Assembly: GCA_050273025.1 (NCBI GenBank)
Contig: CP158635.1
Location: forward strand, 6,820,001 to 6,884,000
Direction of reading: 5' to 3'
Source: Cenococcum geophilum
Taxonomy: Eukaryota
DNA: 64,000 bases
This document shows, piece after piece, positions 39,730-51,645 of the stretch (the first letter of the stretch is position 1; each line of letters opens with the position of its first letter). The translations under genes and the position numbers were made by a program. The notes under the pieces are model-generated. The model saw nothing but the letters and a program-made list of their open reading frames with translations, did not search any database and was not told where the DNA came from.

Positions 39730-42700
39730 TGTTGGGAATAGGGCAAATTGCCGCCATGTGAGGCAAATTGCCGTCACGTGGGGCAAGTTGCCGTCACGTG
39801 TCGCCGCGGCGCTAGCGTGGCAAGGAGCCTTAAGCTCTTCGCCCTTCCTGATAGAAGAAAAATATATAAAAACAATTATTATACTATCTACGAACCGTAG
39901 CTATATAATATCCCCTTATGAGTCTAATACTAATTAGTGGTTAACTTTATAGTTATACCATAGAACAGCTAGGTATTTACTAAGAAGAGACGAGTTACTA
40001 TACCAGTGCTACTTGTATTAAGGGAAGCTATCTTTTAAGGTCAGAACTGGTCCTAAACCTTAAATAGAACTCTTTTATAAATCTAAGGATTTAAAGGCCA
40101 GAACTAGTCCTAAGCCTTCCCCAGATTATAAATTCTTGCGTCCATTACGCAGAATAACACGCTTTATAAGTCTTCGTGATTTAAGGCTAGAACTAGTCCT
40201 AAGCCCTATAATTATAAATACATATTACAAACGCGTACCAAATAATAATCCCTATACTACTAATATTCCCTTCCTCCGAAGATATAACTATGGCCACTCT
40301 AAACGACTAGAGAGACTCCTTACTACTAAGGGTAGCTATATACGCGAAACTTATTAATAAAGATTAGGATATATTTACCTTTAATATAACAACCTATATT
40401 ATAAAATAAGTTAACAGCTTTCTCCTATACCATATTCTATTCTATAAAGATAGCTACTACGCCGATTTATAGTTATGGGAATACTTTAGGAAGGATTTTG
40501 TAGGATAAACCGCCGACACCTAGGCACTTAGCAATGTTAATATTATTTAGGATTTTTAAGACTCCCTCTAAAGAAATGGGGTGTATGTTGCTAAGGATGG
40601 TAACCCAATTACTAGTAATATTTACGCTGTTCTTACTAGTATAGAAGAACTAGTATAGACGGAAGCTAAGATTATACGTTAACTATAGAAACCTAAAACT
40701 AACCTATATTCTTTAGAAGGCAACTTTAATTTAGAACGAAACCCCTAGAACGCTACTCTTCTACCTAGAGGTACTCTCCTACTTAGAGGTGCTTTTCCTC
40801 TACCTTTACTACCTCTAACTCCTCTATCCCAGCTAACCGATAAGCCTCTATTTTAAGAAGTTATGAATCTAATAAAGGTATATTTAGACGAAGAGAAGAA
40901 GTTTAGAGGAGAATTGTATAATATACTTGGAGTAAAACTATAGGTTTTTTATAACTGCTGCAATAAGGTCGGAATTTAACGCCACTAGTTCTATTATGCT
41001 TTCTCTGTTATATTAAAGGGACGGATGGCAACGTTTTATTACGACTATATTATAGGTAAAAACTATAGCTTTAATATAATGCTTTAGCTTACTAGAGCCT
41101 ACTTTAAAACTAATAAGAACCGCCAACTCTATATATCTAAATGGCGGGAGACTATATTCTAGAGAGTTATCGCTTCTAATCTAATAACGACTTACCTAGA
41201 GTGTCTTTAACTACTCTTTAATAAACTCTAGAAAATTTAATATAGTTTTATTAAAACCTACCAAAACAAGAATAGTTTAAGGGACTAGGTTATCTTAGTA
41301 TGCCGTAGCGTTCCTAAGTATAACTTGGCGCTATATAAACCTATAGATATATTTAAAGGAGTATATACCGAACTACGCTCCGCTATAGGTACTGTAATGC
41401 GAATATAAGAACCCTAATAATTCTATACTAAAAACCCTATTTAAACCGGGATTCTAGACTAATATAATTATAACTAGACTGATTAAATATATAGTGGCCG
41501 GAGTAGGGGATACGGTAAAGGGTATAATTAACGTTAACTATAAAGCAATTATGGAGGTCCTTGTGGAGGTTTATTTTGGAACAACTATTAGAAAAAGTAC
41601 TACGTTTATAAGAAGCCAAATTGCTAGTTAAATAGACACTCTCTTAATAAGCGAAAGGAGGTATATAATAAGTTCCGATAGAATATAAGAAACATTGGAA
41701 ATTGTAAGGTTACTATGGCCTACTTTTAAAGCTTTCTGGTCTAATATAAAGGCATAAAAGACCTTAAGGATAAAGTTAATAAGGCTGAACAGCTCCTTAT
41801 GGATATAGATATTGAGGACTACTCTCCCGACTAATACTTTACTAAGTATAGTAAGGTAAATAGCACATAAACCATCGCTATCCTTAATAACTAATTTACG
41901 TTCCATTCTGTTATAAAGTTAAATATCTTTAATGAGCTAAAGGAAAGTTCCGCGTTCTCCTTTAACGACAGATACTTAGCGAACGTCTTCTATAATATTA
42001 TGCTAGATACTAGAGCCGTAGGAGTATTTATAGTAGGAGAACCTCAAGTTTAAGCTCTTTAGTAGCTTAATAGCTCTGTTTAAATTAACTAATTAACGGC
42101 AGGCTAATATACAATTCGCTTTGGTAAGGGTACTATAATCTCTCTTAGCACAATTAAGGTCTAAACCCCATTAGGATGTATTACCTTCTATATTATTCCC
42201 GTAAATACCCTATTTCTATTCTATATCTAAAATATAGATAAATTAGGCGTTAAGCTTAATAACCTTAAGAATATACTTATTTAGGGAGATAATCGGGTGC
42301 CCGTTATACGTAAGTGGGGTCACCCTTAGTTGCTCCTCTAATAACCAGAAAGGAGCGTTGCTTAAAGTTACTTAACTAAGTCAGAGCTACGTTAACTACA
42401 CTATCATTTTAGCCACCCATCCGTTTACTAACTGCTTAGGGTTCTTTAACAAGCAGGTTATAAAGTTAAGGTTAAGGCAATTAAGCATCTTATAAAGTAC
42501 TGCTATTACTACTAAATAAACTAGAAGTCCCCTAGCTAATTTAAGTTTACCCTTAAAGATAACTACAACTTTAACTTCTATATTATTATTAATGTTATAT
42601 ATCTTAACGGCAAGCCAGTCCTCTAAGCTGTTAACTTATTAACCTCCTTCTAAGCCGCACGTTTCTTAAGGGATATATTAGCTAGAAACGCATAGGATAC

Positions 42701-45611
42701 CCTTTAGTTATGCTGGATTAATGTCTACCTAGGACCCCCTAATTAAATCATTTATAATATAGGAAAGAACTTCTTATCTACGGAGTTTTAATAATAGGTA
42801 AAAGTAATGGCAATTAAGGTTAAGGAAGTCCCTATTAAGGTATATAACAGTATTAAAAAAGTAGAGTAATACTACACGCTATTACGCTAAGTATATAAGA
42901 TTATTTCTTTAAAACTAAAGGATGCTAGCAAAGAAATTATCTTATAGATAGCTGTTAAGGCCGTTAATGATTCCGCTAGCCTAGATAGGCTTATACCCAC
43001 GTTACTAGTCTTTAGCGCCTACCCTTAAATAACTAATAATTCTCCACTATCTCCCTCTATTGTGTAATAAGCTAAGGCTATTTATAAAGTAATAAAGGAG
43101 GTATAACGTCTATACGCTACGCGCTAGGTTAACAATATACTAAGAATAAGAAATAGCCCAAATACCTTGACTACGCTTAATCTGCCACTCTAATCTAAAG
43201 TATAGGTATGGCGTAAAAAGGGAGAATGGTTAGGCCCATATAAACTCATTATAATTAATAGTTAAACTTACACTCTTTAGATGCCCTATAGACCTACTTA
43301 ATTCCGTTTAACCGTTATTAGGCCTTACTATAAAGATAACAGTTCCGAGCCTTTATAGGATACCCTAGAAGATACCCTAGAAGATGCCCTAAAGGAGAAC
43401 CACAATTAACGTGCCCTAGAAGGCGACTATAATCCTAATATAATTGTAGTAGACGTGCCGCAACTATAACGCGGTAGAGGTTGCCTAAAGGGATTACGAA
43501 ATCGCCAACATCTTATTAATTTTAAAAAGTAATTCGTTGCTATTATAGAGAGTAGAGTCGAGTTGTTAATAGCCTTTATAATAGCTAAAGAAAAGGCTAA
43601 CTTTAAGCTTGCAAAATAGCTCCAAAAGGAAGGTTATATTATAACTTTAGGAGCTCCTTTCCAAGCATCTAATAAGCAGAAAATTGACAATCTTATTACA
43701 AGAGGAGTCTTTAAATTTGAGAAGTATAACCCTACTAAATTCGATGGAATTCGCATCTTTAAGTTAAGAATAGTCAACGAGATTAAGGGTAAGGCTACTA
43801 ACGCCCCATTTAAGAAATTAAGGCTTATTATCTAAGGCTATAATAATAACGGTAAGGAGACGATCCTTATATAATCCCTTATAATTTAACGAGCTAGTTA
43901 GCAAGTTATTATTATACTAGCTCCCTCCTTAATAAAGAACGGAATGGCAGTTTATTTACAAAATATTACTTAGGCCTACACCCAATTAAAGACGCGCCTT
44001 TAGCGCTTAATACTAGCATATCTTCCGAAGTAAATTCGCCACTAATATCCCAAAGATACAATTATAGTTGTGCTTAAGCTACTATATAGAATTACAGAGG
44101 TAGGAACTTATTAGTAGACTACCTATAGCAAGCACTATAAAGAGAAGCTTCTAATAACTACTTCTATATTTAATCCCTACTTCCTCATTATAACCATAGG
44201 AACTTCATTTAGAATCGTCGGCATATAAACTAATAATATAATTATCTTAGGAGACAATTAATTCTTAGCTCTTAAGGAAGATAAGCTAGTAAAGGCAAAT
44301 CTTATAGCAAAGCTAAAGGAAAGACTTAATGCAATAATGCTATTACTCTTTAATAGATGTATCCTTTCCCTAAATAAGAACTCCATTGCTTTACGCCAGA
44401 AGGGTTAAGGCAAGAAGATTAACGTTATTAACGTTAATTCCCTAAAGTAAGGATACGTGGAGTAATGCGCTCGCGGAGCTTATGTTGCTTCTATCTATCA
44501 GCCTAAGGCTTCCTTTAATCTCTCTATTACCGCTTAATACCAGGAACTAATTAAGGAGGATATTCTTACCCTAAATAAGCGCCTTTCTTAGCAAATAACC
44601 CATTTTAATTGGGGACTACTCTATATATCTATTAATCTTCCCACCGCTAAGCTCTTTATATTTATTAATAGGTTGTTTATAAATAATAAAGATTTTAGCT
44701 CTTAGCTAAGATATAAGATTATTATTGCGAACAAATCTACCGGAGAGAATAACTTTATAATCCACAGTAATCTTATCTATTAAAGCTTAACTAAGAGTAA
44801 GCGCATTACTTAAAGCGTTCTAGCGTTAGAGATATATAGAATGGTTGGCGAAGTTAATATAGTAATTGCAATTAGAACTACCCTTAAGATAATTATAGAT
44901 CGGCTTGAACTTCCCGCTATTCCTATAATTATATGCACTAACTTATATTCCCTCTATAAGTGTTTAGTTAAGCTTAGTACTATAAAGGAGAAGCGTCTTA
45001 TAATTAATATCATAGCCCTTTAGCAATCCTATAAGCGTTAAGAACTCTTTAAGATTTAATAGATTAATAGCTAAGATAACCCAGCAAATATAATAATAAA
45101 GGTAAACCTAAATAAGGCACTAGAGACGTTCGTTAATACGAATACTCTATATATACGAGTTAAAGGTTAGGTTAAAAGGGAGTAGAAGGATTCTGTAGAC
45201 CCTAATTCTAAATAGCTAATTAGGATTTTCCATCCCCGGGATAGAAAATCGCTATTCGCTCGCTTATAACTAGCGCCTTAGCGGCCCATTTATCTTCGCG
45301 TTAACCCCTAACGCCCTTCTTCTTCTTCTTCCTTCCCTTAGCTTTATACCTTTATATAGTAGCAATCTATAAGTGTCTATAGATAGCAACTATAAAAAGA
45401 AGAGTTGCTAGTGTTAGGAATAGGGCAAATTGCCGCCATATAAGGCAAATTGCCGTCACGTAGGGCAAGTTGCCGTCACGTGTCGCCGCGGCGCTAGCGT
45501 GGCAAGGAGCCTTAAGCTCTTCGCCCTTCCTAATAGAAGAAAAATATATAAAAACAATCATTATACTATCTACGAACCGTAGCTACGTGATATCCCCTTG
45601 TGAGTCCAACA
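39730..45611 (+). mobile_element. Full-length GalEa-type Copia element (Copia-2), same family as Copia-1
   Basis: 200-bp LTRs 39730-39929 and 45412-45611 with perfect TSD TTAAT. Colinear with 334-6209 throughout gag-pol. Confidence 0.93.
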
Positions 45612-46799
45612 TTAATAGAATTTAGGAACTAGTAAGATAAGTTATAAAGGAATATTTAGATTACTAAAGAAATAAACTAATAAGGCATAAGCTATATAGA
45701 GGGCTATAACCTATTAAAATACTAGAGAGACTATAGGAGGTTATATTATAGGACTTTATCGTAAAGTTGCTAAAATTAAGAGATCCTATTACTAGGTAAG
45801 ATTATAACGCGATTTTAGTAATAGTAGATAAGCTAATAAAGTAGGGATACTTTATAGTATGTATAGAAGAAATCTTAGCGGAAGATATTACTAAAATCTA
45901 TATTAAAGAAGTATTTATAAGACATAGAGTACTAAATAAGATTATATTAGATAGAGATTTAAGATTTATAGCAGTATTTTAGGAGGTATTTTTAGCGGAA
46001 TAAGGAGTTTAAGCAGTAACTTCTATTATATATTATCCACAAATAGACGGTTAAACGGAAAGATTAAATTAGACATTAGAGTAGTATCTAAAACACTATG
46101 TTAATTATATATAAAATAATTGGGTATTATTGTTACTAATTATATAGTTTATATATAATATAACACCTTAAGAAGGAATAGGAATATTACTATTTAAGGC
46201 GAATTATGGATACGAGCTAAAAATATCGTTATTGCTATAATAAGTAAAGAAAACGAGTAGTATAGCTAAATAAAGAATGGAGATATTAATAAATCTTTAT
46301 ATAAACCTTACGGAAATAGCTAAGGTGGTATAGCAGAGAATAAAAAAGTACTACGATGCTAAGAAATCTAAGGGACTAAATCTTAAGGAGGGGGATAAAG
46401 TATAGCTACTATATAAAAATTTTAAGAGTTAACAACTAAGTAAGAAATTAGACTACGTTAGATTAGAACCTTTTAAAATTATAAAGAGAATTTTACTAGT
46501 TATATTTAAGTTAAACCTACTAGCTAAAATAAAGATTTACCCTATATAGTATATTACGATACTAGAGCTAGTATATAGGAATATTAAGCTACTAGTTTAC
46601 GAAGTAGATACGTATAAAGGATAAAAAGAGGATAAATAGTAAGTTATAAGGACGTTAATAATAAAATATGGTATAAGGTTAAGTGGATAGGCTATAATAA
46701 GACTACCTAAGAGCTACTAGAAAATTTAAAGAACGCTATAGAAAAGGTATAGGAGTATTAGAAGAGAAAAGGTTAGGTAGTATTAATAAAAAAGGATTA

Positions 46800-47408
46800 C
46801 TAAAGAATAAACTACCTAAGGGGGACCTAGGAGGAACGACTGCCGAATTACTTAGAGTTATTTCCTTCTCTGTTAGAAGAGAATTTATTCTTTTATTGCT
46901 AAGTTCCTATAAACCTTATTCTATAAGTTTTTACTTCTTAAAATAGACCTTCTTATAAACTTTCTTAAGACGAGTTAATTGAGTAAATGTAACCTACTAA
47001 GACTTAAAGGAGTAACGTTGAGCCTTAAGGGCCCAAGCGGTCTCCTTGGCGGATTAATAGAGTTTAGCACGTGCTGCGGCCAACTTAGACTTAAGCTTTA
47101 TAGTAGTAGATTAAACATAAGACCCTAAAATAAATTACTTAAAGAACTTAGAGACTACTAAGAGTTATAGGACGCGTATACTTAGCGTTAGAAATAGAGC
47201 AAATATTATAAGATAATTAAATATTCGCTCTAGTGCACTCTAAATAAGAAGAGGGTTGTTGGGATAAGGGACTTATTAACACAATATAAACTAATCCCTC
47301 TTTTACACAATAAGAATATAAAGACGGTATTATCTTACTAAGCGATAATATAGTAGCAATAGTGCGAGCATAACGTTGCGCTTATAAAGAAGGAGATGCT
47401 TTAGGTAT
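46800..47408 (-). pseudogene. Antisense accessory ORF of Gypsy-A with a six-cysteine (Zn-cluster-like) motif, probably spliced
   Basis: De-RIPed minus-strand translation MPKASPS...GEIMPS.CS.CVKEGLVC.V...P.SQQPSSC.ECTRANI..SCD..S.SDAE, followed by a GT donor-like site and a charged, helical-looking second part. 3' end approximate. Confidence 0.6.
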
Positions 47409-47414
47409 AATAAG

Positions 47415-47649
47415 TGTAACCGACTACCGACACTGCGCTGAGACACAAGATCACCGCTTGGAAGGCTCCAAGACGGCGTTAACGCCACCCAATATATTGG
47501 TTGCAGATCAATATTGGTTGCAGATCACCGTTCCCATTTCAGCTATCCATTACCCCATCACTTCTACCTTCTTCGTGTATATATAGAGCCTCTAGAGCTA
47601 CATTCACAATCAAGTCGTTCATTCAATTCTTTACACTGCAAAGCTTATA
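47415..47649. mobile_element. Solo LTR, 235 bp, inserted in the Gypsy-A 3' region
   Basis: TGTAAC...CTTATA termini with perfect TSD ATAAG. Internal duplication of atattggttgcagatca. Largely un-RIPed. Confidence 0.8.
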
Positions 47650-48791
47650 ATAAGTAATAATATTAACTAAATTAACTAGATAGATATTATACCTCTAATA
47701 AACGACTTAGAGATGCTAGGAATCTTTAAGGATAAAGATAAAAAGGAGGGAGATGGTATTATAGACGCTTTAAGTATAATGTTATAACTACTTAAAGAGG
47801 AGTTAGAAGAAGCTAGTTGGTTAATATAGGCACGGTTTAGAATGGAGCCGGTAGAACTATGTAATAAAAAGTAGTAAGCGAGTTATATAATGTTATACGC
47901 GATATACGTAGTGTATATAGTATACGTTTATATATAACACGTATAACATATACCTTATGTATAAGAAGGATTTTATAGGAGTATAGTTGTATATTTAAGG
48001 ACCCTTAGTCCCTACCTAGATAGTTCCTTCCTTATAGTAATTCTTAGAATACAATTAGAGTTAATCTATTGGGCAACTACTCCACTAGTTATTATTACGT
48101 TGTTGACTTCCTGCATTACCTATACACCTAGCCCATTAACGAGTCTACCGTAGTTCTTGCTATAAGGCTCCGTTACATTCTTAGTATATATATTACTTCT
48201 TAATTTTTATACTTCTCTAAGTCTAGATCCTTATCCTATATATTTTAGATCTTTTAAGACTATATACTCTCTAGTATCTTATAATTCCATTTTTCTTATA
48301 TTAATATAATCTTTAGATAATTATACCTAATTAGCCTATCTTTATCTTTCCGTAATATAGTCCCTAATAGCTTTTTATTGTCCTATAATTTAGCCTTTCT
48401 GCTTAGTATATCTGCCCTAGCATTTTTAGTGTCCTTAATATGCTAAATCTTAAAATAGTATTCTTTAAGTATCTCTGCCTATCTAACCTACTTATAATTT
48501 AGTTCTTTTGTTATTAAGAACCCTATTAGGTTCTTATAATCTGTCTTAACTATAAATAGTTTCTCTATACCTTATTAGAATACTCTTTATTCTTTAAGTA
48601 CTACAACTATACCTAATAACTCATTATAATTATTATAGTTTAACTTTAGTAGTGTTGTTTTTTTAAACTATAGTATGCTATTAGGTACTATGCATTCTAA
48701 TGCTTTTATAGTAGGTATACTCCTAGTGCAAAGTCTAATATATATGTCTCTACGACCGTATTTAGCCTCAGTTAGTAGATCTTAAGAATTA

Positions 48792-49155
48792 GGGAATGTT
48801 CGGTTGCAAAACCATCAGATTGAATATGAACCAAAAGTCCGGCAGAAAGAACGCGTTCCTTCCCGATTTGACACGCGTCTGTGGCTCTACGGGTTGCACG
48901 GACGTGTGCAATATGGAGGCTTCAGATTGAAATGGAATCTAAATATGCAGATTTAAGCTCCATATTGAAATGACGCCAAGAGCTCCAATTCAGAAGCTGT
49001 ATACGGTAAAGTTGCCAATATTTTAGCGTACTATTCTGGCGTTTTGCGAGCGGTAAGAGGAACATCAAAAATTTGAGGCTGTGCAGACAAAATCACTCCG
49101 AATCAATAGATTATAAACTGAATCTAAGGCCTCCATATTGCAACCGAACGACCCC
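48792..49155. mobile_element. PIF/Harbinger-like MITE, 364 bp
   Basis: TTA|GGGAATGTTCGGTTGCAA ... TTGCAACCGAACGACCCC|TTA. Removal restores the Gypsy-B pol frame (E.ILKIY). Related to 21500-21770. Confidence 0.88.
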
Positions 49156-50693
49156 TTAGCTCATAGGTAAACAATTCCTTAAGTTCTTAAAATAGCCTTT
49201 TTTACTTATTTCCCTATACCTATAGTTCCTCTTTCTTTATTAATCCTATAAATAGTTTAATATTCTTTAACCATTATATAATAAACCTCCTATAGTAGTT
49301 ATAAAACCCTAGAAATAATTTTAACTATATAACGTCCTCTAGTTTTTACTAACTAACTATAGCTTCTATTTTCTTTAGGTCTATATTAATATAACCTAGC
49401 TTAATAATAAATCCGATAAAATTAGTCTTCTTAGTAAAGAACTTATATTTCTTAATTATTACTAGTATCTATTCTTTCTCTAGTCTTCTTAAAACCTACT
49501 TAATATACTCTCTGTGTTCTTTCTTAGTTATTAAGTAAATAATAATAATAATAAAGTATATTATAATAAACTTATTAAGGTATTGTTCTAATATACTATT
49601 AATCCGCTTTTAGAACGTCACTAGCGTATTTATAAGCCTAAATTATATAACTAATAGTTTATATAGCCCTTCCTTTAACCTAAAGGCTGCCTTTTATTTA
49701 TTACCTTCCTTAATTCTAATCTAATAGTATATCCATCTTAGATTTATCTTTGTAAAGATTTATCCTATCCTAGATTTCGATAATTAAGAGTAAAAGATAC
49801 CTATACTTTCTTATAATACTATTTAACTATTTATAGTTAATATAAATAGTACTAAATATCCCGCTAATAATTATAATAGTCTAAAATATCTCTTTTATAA
49901 AATTTCCTAAATAAACTCTTTAAGTACTCTTAACTCTTCTTCAGTTAGCTTATAGATTAGAAAAAACCTTAAACCTATTCCTAGTTCTAATTCTATCTTA
50001 TAGCCCTATACTATATAACTTAGCCCTTATTTAGTCTCCTTATATATTACTCTAACCTAGTACTATACTAACTTAGTTTGTTATTATATTTTATATTATT
50101 AAGTATCTCTAATATTAAACTAACCTATAACCTAATTAATCTTTAGATTATATTTCTATAACTAAGGTAGATCTAATACTACCTTATCTCATCTTAATAG
50201 CAGGATATTAAAAGATATCTTAATTAGTCTCCCTTTAATAGTTATCTAAATAGGTCCTATTTTAAGATTAATAATGCCTCCTTTATAGGCTATTGGATCT
50301 TCTAAAATTATAATTAATAAATAAGGATGCTGCTTTTATCTATTTATCTACTACTAATAATATATAGTTTCTTATTACTCCGCTATCTATTAATACTTTA
50401 AATTACTAATCTTACTAATTAAATTATAAATTTAGGTATTGTCCTTAAATTTCTTTAAGGGTTTGAGGTTCTACTACTAGCTTACTCTAGTCCTATAGGC
50501 TTTCTATAAGGTATCTATAGAATTTCTATTTAATTATTATAGAATTTTAAAGGAGGAATAGTAGATATAAAGAATCTAGTCCTTAAAGCTGGCTGCCTTT
50601 TTTAATAGAGTATAAAGGATTTAAATATAAGGGGACTTTATAGATAGGGGGCTATAAGGCACGATTATAGGAATAGAATAGATTGTAGAGAAG

Positions 50694-51046
50694 TGTTACA
50701 GAGTAAGTATAAGCGACGATAATATATAGCGAAGTAGATATTATTAAGCTACGTACATAAACTGTGTAATAAAGTCAAGACGTTGCGTAAGGAAAGAAGG
50801 TAAGAAAACGGGAAGAAAGGGTATATATCGTTAGCTTGGTTACTTGGTCAATACGTACTCGAAGCAGAATAGGATTTGGGTAGTAGTCTTGGCAGAGAAT
50901 TTGGTGGAACTTGGTGGAATATGGCAGAATATGGCAGATTGCCGTTAGATTGCCGCAAATTGCCGTCTTCGTGGTCAGTCTCTAGTTGCTGAGTCGGTGG
51001 AAACAGGTGGACGTGTGTAAGGTGTCACGGGGGGTGTCCCGTGACA
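50694..51046. mobile_element. Solo LTR, 353 bp
   Basis: TGTTAC...GTGACA with TSD AGAAG/AGGAG (one G/A difference). It interrupts a repeat whose uninterrupted copy is at 6950-7175. Confidence 0.75.
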
Positions 51047-51195
51047 AGGAGACGAATCCTTAAAGAGGTAAGGCCTCTAGGATCGTAGAGGCTATATACT
51101 ACAGGCAGTACCTCCAGTACGTAACTAGCGACTATCTAAGGGTCGTTTAGGGGTTGTCCTAAGGGTAACCTAAGATAACCGCAATAATATCCCTT

Positions 51196-51456
51196 ATATA
51201 TAAGGGGCTAAAGATCACTTATAGAGTAGGCTTTTCTCTATAATTTAGTGTAGTTTTTATATAAAAAGGTATTATAGAAGGGTAGACCAATTTTGTTAAA
51301 GTTAATAAGATCTTCTTATATAAACCGTGTTTAGGTTTTCTATAAATCTCGCCGAAGTGCCTCAGACCAAGAAAACGATTGCCGTCCTAAATTAGCCTAG
51401 CGGATGGTGCGGATATTCCTATATCCGCACAATCGATTTCTTGGTCCGAGCTTCTG
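51196..51456. repeat. Right long terminal inverted repeat (...AGCTTCTG)
   Basis: Reverse complement of 24088-24329; less RIPed towards its outer end. Confidence 0.88.
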
Positions 51457-51645
51457 ACGGAAAGCCCGGATCACCCTCGCGTTTCGCTGACATCTCATTA
51501 TGACGCAAGCGATTGGGTCTTGACAAATTCCGCCAATTCCGCATGGGACATTCGTGGTGGTGTAGCCCTATGTCCCATCTCAAATCCTCTGATTCCAGAT
51601 CAGCAATTTGTAAATTGCTCCTTTTTTGTATATATTCTACCCTCA

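Larger units (their letters stand above)
34106..48177 (+). mobile_element. Full-length Ty3/Gypsy chromovirus-type element (Gypsy-A), RIP-inactivated
   Basis: 421-bp LTRs 34106-34526 and 47757-48177 with perfect TSD TTCTT and a PPT before the 3' LTR. Long gag with CYNCGKQGHFARDC (~35566); protease VLVDSG (~37686); [21 protein letters not shown] (~38276) and YLDD (~38605); RNase H; integrase interrupted by Copia-2; chromodomain ~46620-46770. Confidence 0.93.
25440..50506 (-). mobile_element. Ty3/Gypsy chromovirus-type element (Gypsy-B), 5'-truncated, host of several insertions
   Basis: 3' LTR is 25440-25664 plus 32043-32230 (split by Copia-3) and is homologous to the Gypsy-A LTR. PPT (rc GATAAAGAGAAGGGGGATAG) at 32231-32250. 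Chromodomain/integrase ~32840-34105 and RNase H/RT/protease 48178-50460 are reverse-complement homologues of Gypsy-A pol. No gag or 5' LTR found. Confidence 0.85.

Noticed and set aside
24088..51456. Possible Starship element
   Set aside because: No tyrosine-recombinase (captain) gene and no intact cargo recognised; the ends are long TIRs.
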